From positions 480,001 through 544,000 of the forward strand of contig CAWDVW010000005.1 in the NCBI GenBank assembly GCA_963805855.1: DNA of 64,000 bases, given 5' to 3'. Shown here piece after piece: positions 54,301 to 61,710 of the stretch. The notes beneath the pieces are model-generated. The model saw nothing but the letters and a program-made list of their open reading frames with translations, had not been told where the DNA came from and ran no database searches. The position numbers and the translations under genes are program-made. Origin of the DNA: Candidatus Dadabacteria bacterium (lineage in GTDB: Bacteria; Desulfobacterota_D; UBA1144; Nemesobacterales; CSP1-2). Position 1 is the stretch's first letter. Each line of letters starts with the position of its first letter.

Positions 54301-54516
54301 ACACTTCGACAGGCTCCGTGTGAACGGGTTCTTCGAACACTCACATCGAGACTTCTGATTTTGTCGAACTGCGCTGTCCAACAATAGGCGGGACTTTCTA
54401 GTCCCGCATAATGGTCAGATTGGAACATAGTTCTCATCTAAGAGCGACTTCCAGCAGGGAGAATAAAGTTGCTCCAAGCCTGCCCAGAGCCTAGTCGAAG
54501 GGATGGCGCTCCTACA
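54301..54516. repeat. Cluster of REP-like elements
   Basis: Family A copies at 54301 and 54481; gcgggactttctagtcccgc hairpin at ~54387 resembles ~41461. Confidence 0.65.
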
Positions 54517-54623
54517 TTTTTTACAGTTGTAGCAGGCTTTGTCTAGAGTGCCCGACCGGGCTCTATAAAGAAGGGAATTTACCCCCAACCCATTCCCTCA
54601 AAGATGTGAGAAAAATCATGAAA

Positions 54624-56015
54624 CTAAGCCTTGATTCTCTTCTTCCCGGGTTGCTTAGCCCTAACGCGCTTCTTTTCCGTTTTATAAGCAAATGGATCCT
54701 TAAGGTCTGGATGAAAGAGCTTGAAGTGGTTTACGTGCATGTCCGAATAAGAGCCGGGCGGATAATACTTATCGTAGAATTCGAGGTCTAAATGCATTGC
54801 CTGAAACACAAGACGCATGTACATCGGGTCAACGAATGCAGGGAACCTTCCATATGTGTCGTAAATGTAATTAGCAACGTCTTTTACAATCTGTATGGTC
54901 CTCTCAGTTGGTTTGGGGGCTTTCATTAGATGTTTATCGGGTTCGGAATAAGGAAATGGCTTATCCGGTTTCCAGGCCTCATTCTTGTGCTCGAAGAAGG
55001 AATCTATAGCCTCGCCCATGTTTTTGTAATATGGAGGACAATACGCTTCGAAAACCCCATCCCTTCCGACGGGCACCGTTGTGGGAGGATCTATCGCCCC
55101 CTTTTTGGGTTGAATAAACCTGAAACCCAATCCCTTGAATAATTGAGGCGCCGCGCCCATTGCAAATCTTGGAATGAAGCCACTGAATGTCCACCCTGCT
55201 AGGCCAAGCGCCTGAAGCGCTAGGCTCATGTTCTGACAGATAAATGCCTGCTCAACATTTAGTCCAGTAAGAATCCTTACTTCGAGATCAAAAAGGGATA
55301 ACTTAACCTGCTCCTTGAGTCTCCCCATCTTTACCCATTTTTCAATCCCTGCCGGCTTACCTGTCAGATCATCAATAATGGTAAATCCATAAGTACTGCT
55401 ACAATATAAAAGAAGCAGATTTATATATTCTTCCGTTATGTCAGTCACCGGTATGAATACTGATGTACCTGGCTTGTTTGTATTCCACTGATTGAAATTA
55501 AACAGACCCGGCATCTTATCGGGAAGCTGCGCCCTTCCGCCCTCTATCTTGACCAGACTTTCCCGATAGAGTTCCAGCACTCGCTGGATTTTCTCATTTC
55601 GGCTCATCTTAAAAAACACATCAAGTTCATGATTTTGAGGGAGCATTCGCTTAACGTCGATGTAATAAAGCCCCTTATCATTCGTAAAAAACAATTCCGT
55701 ACCATGGTTGTTACAAGCCGAAGGCCATGTACGTCCGGTCCACTGACAGAGCAGATCGATCCCAGTTTCGGGTGGAAGGTCTGCAAGGCAAAGTCCCGTT
55801 AGACCGGTTCCAGACCATACTAATAATGCCTCCTCCAATTCATCCAGTGGAACAGGCTCATAGTCGGAAGTAAATTCAAGGGTGGAATCTTTCAGCTCCA
55901 TTCCTAATCCGAATCGACGTGAACGTCTGTTAAATACTGCCTCAAAAAAGGGATACTTTAGGGCCTCTTCATAGCCCTTGTTCAAAATAGATTTAGGATT
56001 GCCTCTTTTTGCCAT
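54624..56015 (-). CDS. Conserved hypothetical protein, nitroreductase-like fold
   Basis: NRRSRRF, RTWPSA, QNMSLALQALGLAGW resemble nitroreductase FMN-binding motifs. Confidence 0.65.
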   Translation of the reverse strand: MAKRGNPKSILNKGYEEALKYPFFEAVFNRRSRRFGLGMELKDSTLEFTSDYEPVPLDELEEALLVWSGTGLTGLCLADLPPETGIDLLCQWTGRTWPSACNNHGTELFFTNDKGLYYIDVKRMLPQNHELDVFFKMSRNEKIQRVLELYRESLVKIEGGRAQLPDKMPGLFNFNQWNTNKPGTSVFIPVTDITEEYINLLLLYCSSTYGFTIIDDLTGKPAGIEKWVKMGRLKEQVKLSLFDLEVRILTGLNVEQAFICQNMSLALQALGLAGWTFSGFIPRFAMGAAPQLFKGLGFRFIQPKKGAIDPPTTVPVGRDGVFEAYCPPYYKNMGEAIDSFFEHKNEAWKPDKPFPYSEPDKHLMKAPKPTERTIQIVKDVANYIYDTYGRFPAFVDPMYMRLVFQAMHLDLEFYDKYYPPGSYSDMHVNHFKLFHPDLKDPFAYKTEKKRVRAKQPGKKRIKA

Positions 56016-56273
56016 CTCGCTTCCTCCAAAGATCTATACGTTGACTAAATCAGAATTTATAATAATGAAACAAAACAATCAATCTAGACAGGTATCACCA
56101 ACGCCGTTTATACACAATATTATATGATAAACGGATTCGCAAAAAACTTGAAGTTTTCACAAGGTGAGGCATTAAAATATTCCAAATTGAAATAAATGTC
56201 AATATAACCCATTTTCAAACGTTTATTCCATTAGAGCTGAATTTATGACGCGTTGAATTTCGATATGATTTAT

Positions 56274-56869
56274 TAGCAGAAACACGAGACCCACGCATGG
56301 GACTTTTTCTCAGTGCTTCCGTCCCATAGTAAAGCTCCTGTGATTCTTTTCTCGATTAAATGAAACTGAAACGCTCGGGCTGCGTAAATGGGATCCCTCC
56401 AGCATGCTTCTGCCATTTTTTTATCCAGTTGTAATTGCCTCGTTCCCGGGGCAATACCGGTCTCCGTCAGCGAGTGATAATCATGACCATTCTGAGCATC
56501 GAAAGACTTCTTCGGGCTTCCGATGGGACCTCGCTGACTGAACCCCCAATGTCGTCGAGCCGAAACAGAATTGGCACACCAGATAAAGCCCCAGGGATTC
56601 ATGCCGCCATATGGGAAGGCATCTAACTCCAGTATCATCGGAGTTGCATAATATTCATCAAAACATAATCCTTAGGTAATTTCCAACCAGTATATGAGTG
56701 CTATCAAATACAACCGCGAATCTCCAACAAAACTACGTTCTTAATCCTTTTGGAATAATTCCTCTTCAGATAGTAGAATCCAGCAAGAAACACAAATCGA
56801 ATTGCTCGAATTCGATAACAATTCGAATGATAGCTTTTAAGTCACTAATATCATTAATACTTATGCACT
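56274..56869 (-). ncRNA. Candidate large structured ncRNA (~600 nt, family unknown)
   Basis: About a dozen stems paired by eye, G-U pairs favour the minus strand, GNRA loop, upstream promoter, no credible protein. Confidence 0.55.
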
Positions 56870-56875
56870 ACAGGT

Positions 56876-56903
56876 CTTATACGATCATGCACTTTAACGT
56901 CAA
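56876..56903 (-). promoter_or_regulatory. Sigma70-like promoter
   Basis: TTGACG-N16-TATAAG on the minus strand. Confidence 0.55.
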
Positions 56904-56917
56904 ACCCAAAAAAACAC

Positions 56918-56945
56918 TTGACAAACTTTTCAAAAGTGCTAGTAT
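56918..56945 (+). promoter_or_regulatory. Sigma70-like promoter with extended -10
   Basis: TTGACA-N16-TAGTAT with TG one base before the -10 hexamer. Confidence 0.65.
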
Positions 56946-56951
56946 GAAACC

Positions 56952-57185
56952 AATGGGGTAGAAAGTACTATAGAGCTAGGACATAACCGAAAGGGCATAA
57001 TCTGTAAAGAAAGGATCAGACGAATTTCGTTCCCTGAGACCAGAAGTTTCGGGCTACGACGCTCGGGTACTAAGTCGGATACACTGGCTACACCCTCCTA
57101 TCATGATGCTTTTTCTCTGTGCGTACAGCGCCCTCCGTTATCAGGAATGAGAGAAGTTATTCATGTTAATAATTCTTAACCCCCT
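56952..57185 (+). ncRNA. Candidate rod-shaped ncRNA (~230 nt, family unknown)
   Basis: Nested end-to-end pairing, strong promoter, and no same-strand gene directly downstream. Confidence 0.55.
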
Positions 57186-57226
57186 TTAGAATCGTGGAAA
57201 TACATCATCTATTAATGTGATAGCAA

Positions 57227-57637
57227 TTATTTAGCTAGCAATACAACTGTTAGGATGGCAAAAACAATTCCCAAAATCTCTCTCAAGTCTAATCGCTCAT
57301 GCAAAACAATCACACCCAGGATCACTGTGACCGCAGGATAGACTGCTGTCAGAGGAACGAGGGCAGAGAGCTTTGCCGGTTGTAAGGCAATAATAAAAAT
57401 TATTGTCCCTATTCCCCATGTTAGCCCCATTAGCAAAGCATATGGGTTTACGGCGAAACCCGTAAAGATTTCGTGCCTTTTAAATATGATCAATGAGGTT
57501 AAAACCGTTATGGTTCCAATTCCCTCGAAAAAATAGACACGATATGGAATATCCCTCATCAAGGCAATCTTTCCGAAAAAGCTTCCAAGCCCCCACATAG
57601 TTGTAGCAATAATTGCAAATATAACCCATCTTTCCAT
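57227..57637 (-). CDS. EamA-family transporter (single domain)
   Basis: WGLGSFFGK, VPLTAVYPAVTVIL, LHERL. Confidence 0.88.
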   Translation of the reverse strand: MERWVIFAIIATTMWGLGSFFGKIALMRDIPYRVYFFEGIGTITVLTSLIIFKRHEIFTGFAVNPYALLMGLTWGIGTIIFIIALQPAKLSALVPLTAVYPAVTVILGVIVLHERLDLREILGIVFAILTVVLLAK

Positions 57638-57900
57638 TTTGTTTGTCCTTTAAGATTTATTTTAAACCCCAATTGTATAAAAAAAGATAAAGGTTATCAA
57701 CCATCGCAGCTGTTCACATTTAGATTTAGTTTCGTGGTTCAATCTTTGAATGGACACATTTGAAAATACGCTTTCACATTTTAAATACCTTTACCTAGAA
57801 GGATGGAATTTTTAAATTCTATTTAAATATTTTCAACAACAAAATCAAAATAGCCGTATACTTTTCACCAGAAATCAAATTCAAGGGAGGTAGGAACACC

Positions 57901-58173
57901 ATGAAGAAACTCAGATTGTTTCTTTTAGTTTCTTTGTCGATCTTTCTTTTCACCTCATACGGCTTATCACAAGCCGCGCCCGTCGATTTAAATGAAGCTT
58001 CAGTTGAGCAACTCGCCGAACTGCCCGGAATAGGTGAGGCTACTGCAAAAAGGATAGTCGAATACAGGGAGCAGAACGGCAAGTTCGAAACGACTGAAGA
58101 CATAATGAATGTAAAGGGCATAGGTGAAAAGAAATACCAAACGCTGAAAGACTTGATTACAGTAAGTAATTAA
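57901..58173 (+). CDS. comEA: ComEA-like helix-hairpin-helix DNA-binding protein
   Basis: Signal peptide, VDLNEAS, LPGIGEATA, VKGIGEKK. Confidence 0.88.
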   Translation: MKKLRLFLLVSLSIFLFTSYGLSQAAPVDLNEASVEQLAELPGIGEATAKRIVEYREQNGKFETTEDIMNVKGIGEKKYQTLKDLITVSN

Positions 58174-58253
58174 GTGCTTGACATAAGAATCATCAACATA
58201 TGATTCTCACCCAATATAATCAGAAGGGATTTTATTAAATTCCTTAACGAGAC

Positions 58254-58293
58254 GTTTATTCTGTTGAGCATATAACTGCTCAACAGAATAAAC
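58254..58293. repeat. Perfect 17-bp inverted repeat
   Basis: gtttattctgttgagca-tataac-tgctcaacagaataaac. Confidence 0.9.
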
Positions 58294-58441
58294 TGATACC
58301 CTTCGCGACCTAAAAACTCTAATCTTTTCAAATCATGTTATAATAAGTCGAGTAATAGTCATAGGAATCTTGATAATTATTGATCATATCGCGTTCAGAA
58401 TCCTGTGTTAAAATATTGTTTTAACCAGGAGGAGAAATTAC

Positions 58442-58906
58442 ATGAAGAGACTTAAGCCATTTATTTCGAAACATCCTCTTTTTAAGGGCCTAAATAAAAG
58501 CTACCTCGATCTAATTTTAGCGTGTTCATCGGAAGCGAGGTTTGATTCTGGTAAGATTATATTCCGCGAAGGTGAAAAGGCAAAGACGTTCTATATTATT
58601 TTGCAAGGCAAGGTTGCTCTAGAGGCATTAATGGCGCCAGAAAGGAATCCCATTATAGTTCTTAACCTCGGTGAAAACGACGTACTTGGGTGGTCTTGGT
58701 TATTTCCTCCACACCGATGGCATTTTGACGCGCGAGCTATAACACTTACAAAAGCGATTTCAATCGACGGTGATAAAATCAGGAAACACTGCGAGGATGA
58801 CCATGATTTGGGCTATGAACTGATGAAAAGATTTGCCAAGATAATAGAGCAGAGACTACGATCACTCAGGTCACAAAATCCAAATATGTACGCGATCCAT
58901 GCCTGA
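58442..58906 (+). CDS. Stand-alone cyclic nucleotide-binding domain protein
   Basis: HPLFKGL, IFREGE, FYIILQGKV, LGWSWL. No HTH. Confidence 0.9.
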   Translation: MKRLKPFISKHPLFKGLNKSYLDLILACSSEARFDSGKIIFREGEKAKTFYIILQGKVALEALMAPERNPIIVLNLGENDVLGWSWLFPPHRWHFDARAITLTKAISIDGDKIRKHCEDDHDLGYELMKRFAKIIEQRLRSLRSQNPNMYAIHA

Positions 58907-59035
58907 CCCAGGGAATTTGATTTTGAGATTTCTCCACAAAGATGAAAAATCAGGCTCTGACTGAGGCTTAGAACAGGCTGGTTATACCTTGTAATTAATT
59001 GCGACAAGAAAAACGGTCATGGTTAGGTATGGTTG

Positions 59036-59467
59036 TTAATTGTTTGCTAAGCGTCTTTCCTTCTCAATCTCGGCTATCGTCGTTTGCTTACGCCATTCCT
59101 TTATTGCTTGCTTTATTGTCGTAATGCCAAGAGTGGCACAGCGGGGACGTGTTAATGCCAGGTCCTTCCCAATCAAATCTGTGACAACATCTGGATTCAT
59201 CTTCTCCACCTCTTCAGCGGTTTTACCCAAAACAATATCGGTAATCATAGACGTAGTAGCTTGGCTTAATATGCAACCCTCTCCATCGAAAGACACATCT
59301 CCAATCCTTCCGTCATCATCGAGTTTGAGATAAATTGTAATAATGTCACCACATCCAGGATTACCACCCTTCTGGACTACATCCGAATCCTCACGAGCCC
59401 CATAATGCCTGGGATTCTCGTAATGGTCCAATATAACTTGCATGAGCTCTTCACGATCCATTTCCAT
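59036..59467 (-). CDS. IscU/SufU-type Fe-S assembly scaffold
   Basis: ILDHYENPR, NPGCGD, GEGC, RPRCA. Confidence 0.92.
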   Translation of the reverse strand: MEMDREELMQVILDHYENPRHYGAREDSDVVQKGGNPGCGDIITIYLKLDDDGRIGDVSFDGEGCILSQATTSMITDIVLGKTAEEVEKMNPDVVTDLIGKDLALTRPRCATLGITTIKQAIKEWRKQTTIAEIEKERRLANN

Positions 59468-59568
59468 AGCTGAAAATATAACCTAGAAATTTACTTAATA
59501 AAAAAAACGTGCAATTCTATTTTGCGCGCGTATTCAGGTTTGTACATGCCCGGCACCATGTGTGCCAA

Positions 59569-60414
59569 TTAAGGTCTTTCAATTGGGGCCTTTACAAGGT
59601 TGCCCCACTCTGTCCATGACCCATCATAGTTCTTCACATTTTCGAAGCCCAGTAGATAAGTCAATACAAACCAGGTGTGAGAAGACCTCTCCCCTATTCG
59701 ACAGTATGCTATTACGTTATCACCTTGTTTTAAACCAACTTCTCCTTCATAAATCGCCTTAAGTTCATCCGCCGATTTAAACGTCCCATCCTCGTTTGCT
59801 GCCCGCGCCCAGGGAACATTTTTCGCTCCAGGTATGTGCCCTCCCCTCAATGCCCCCTCTTGGGGATAAGCTTCCATGTGAAGAAGCTCTCCAGTAAATT
59901 CCTTTGGTGAACGAACATCGATTAAAGGATTTTTAGATCCCATATGCTTCATTACGTCATCACGAAATGCCCGTATGGCTTCATTGGTCCCGGTAACCTT
60001 GTAATTGGTTCTTGGGTAACTTGGCACATCCTTGGACAGAGGGCGCTTCTCTTGAATCCATTTTTGCCTGCCACCATTCATGATCAAACACTTATCGTGC
60101 CCCATCACGTTAAATGTCCAAAAAGCGTAGCAGGCCCACCAATTGCTTTTATCACCGTAAAATACTACTGTGCTGTCATTCGCAATTCCTTTCTCTGACA
60201 TCAATTTCTCAAAATTCTCCTTGCTAACATAATCCCTTATCACTTCATCTTGCAGCTCGGTTTGCCAGTCAATCTTCAAAGCGCCTGGCACATGACCAAC
60301 ATCATAAAGCAGTACGTCTTCATCAGATTCCACAATTCTGATGTTAGGATCATTTACATTATCTTCAACCCACTGAGTACTAACCAAAACGTCTGGATGG
60401 GCATATTCGGACAT
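59569..60414 (-). CDS. Thiosulfate sulfurtransferase (double rhodanese)
   Basis: [38 protein letters not shown]. Confidence 0.95.
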   Translation of the reverse strand: MSEYAHPDVLVSTQWVEDNVNDPNIRIVESDEDVLLYDVGHVPGALKIDWQTELQDEVIRDYVSKENFEKLMSEKGIANDSTVVFYGDKSNWWACYAFWTFNVMGHDKCLIMNGGRQKWIQEKRPLSKDVPSYPRTNYKVTGTNEAIRAFRDDVMKHMGSKNPLIDVRSPKEFTGELLHMEAYPQEGALRGGHIPGAKNVPWARAANEDGTFKSADELKAIYEGEVGLKQGDNVIAYCRIGERSSHTWFVLTYLLGFENVKNYDGSWTEWGNLVKAPIERP

Positions 60415-60731
60415 ATACCTACCTCCTCTATATTTTGATTGATTTTAGATTAAAAAACCCCCGCTGAGTTTCAGAATATAAGATTATAGACATTGTCGCG
60501 GACAAAATCAACAATAACTCCTGCATTTAAGCCTTGTAGTATTATTTTTTATCAAGTTACAACCATGATGAAATAAACATCATAAGAACCTCGTTCTATT
60601 GCGAAGAGAATCGGACATCCAAGAAAAAAATCAATCCAGGTTCTTTATTTTTAAATTTTATGCTAAGATAAAAGGTATAGGCAGGGGTTTAGTTAAGCAA
60701 AAGTCTGTAATATCAACATAGGAGGGCGTCC

Positions 60732-61199
60732 ATGTTAAAAAATCTAAAAGTCAGAGACTTGATAGGAAAGAGGGATAAGATCTACTTTGTGGATGCTGAA
60801 GACACAACTGATGTTGCGGCCCTTAAGCTAAAGAACTTTAAAGTAAGAACCATCGGTGTGAGAAGAAAGGGAGAAATAGTCGGTGTTGTGGGACAGAGTG
60901 ACTTCTCGAATAATGTAGTTGCCATGGGAAGGAATCCATCCGAAGTAAAGGTAGAAGATATTATGACAACCGACATGTGTACAGTAGGGCTTGACTCTTC
61001 ATTCTATGAATGTCTGGAACTGATGGACACAAACAACATCTCCCACCTGATGATTCTCGATGAGGACGGGAAATACTACGGAATGCTGTCATTGAAAGAT
61101 CTCAAGGAAAGGTTGGTTAATGAATTGAAATACCAGCTCGAAATAACCCAAGAATATGCTTTTGGGCCTCACGTTAAAAACATCGATATAAGCAGTTGA
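60732..61199 (+). CDS. CBS-domain pair protein
   Basis: VKVEDIMT, ISHLMILD, GMLSLKD. Confidence 0.88.
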   Translation: MLKNLKVRDLIGKRDKIYFVDAEDTTDVAALKLKNFKVRTIGVRRKGEIVGVVGQSDFSNNVVAMGRNPSEVKVEDIMTTDMCTVGLDSSFYECLELMDTNNISHLMILDEDGKYYGMLSLKDLKERLVNELKYQLEITQEYAFGPHVKNIDISS

Positions 61200-61413
61200 A
61201 ATCTGTCTCAGACTTCCGAAAAGATATTCAAAATAATCCAAATTGGTCTTAGCAGTGATTAATGATATCAAGATGATGTTGTTTATTAGCCAATTACACC
61301 ATCCTTATAATTTAAAAAATCTCTTGATTGAATAGTTATTTCGAGTCGTGAATTTCTTCCGATGTTAAATTGTTTCTTTAATTTGTCATAACGATCCACA
61401 AACAGGAAACCCC

Positions 61414-61707
61414 ATGACAATGAGGCATAGAAAGCTCAAAATCAAAAGACAACATGGTATGATAAAGGGACTAGAAAAGTTTCTAGAAGAAAACATCTCA
61501 ACCCTTGAATTTGTCGATGGAATATTACCAGGTGAGATAAAGGTTAGTAGCGCTACCGGCGAGAAGCTGATCGTAAAATACAAATATCGTACCATTAGTG
61601 GCGCAAAGCTAATTGCAAAGAGTGGAACCTCGATTCAAGAAATCTTTGTTGTTACGAGATCCCCTGATAAGCTTAAAGATGTGGTTCGAGATTTAGAGGT
61701 CGCATAG
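61414..61707 (+). CDS. DUF2103-like protein
   Basis: HGMIKGL, ILPGEI, SGAKLIAKSGTSIQEIFVVT. Confidence 0.7.
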   Translation: MTMRHRKLKIKRQHGMIKGLEKFLEENISTLEFVDGILPGEIKVSSATGEKLIVKYKYRTISGAKLIAKSGTSIQEIFVVTRSPDKLKDVVRDLEVA

Positions 61708-61710
61708 TTT

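Noticed and set aside
54084-54437. 117-aa ORF upstream of the AbfD-like gene
   Set aside because: Built from REP-like repeats and overlaps the true N-terminus in another frame.
56273-56638. 121-aa minus-strand ORF, plus overlapping ORFs 56435-56626 and the nearby 56698-56961
   Set aside because: No SD, no recognisable motif and atypical composition. They coincide with dense RNA stems or promoters, so they are better explained as chance ORFs.
56274-57185. RNase P, tmRNA, SRP or group I/II intron identity for the structured segments
   Set aside because: GAGAAAAAGTCC occurs only near the 3' end, with no matching RNase P CR-V. There is no tRNA-like end or tag peptide, no SRP loop motif, and no intron domain V or P7 signature.
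58368-58392. FNR/CRP-like box upstream of the cNMP-domain gene
   Set aside because: Only the TTGAT half-site matches; the second half has multiple mismatches or wrong spacing.
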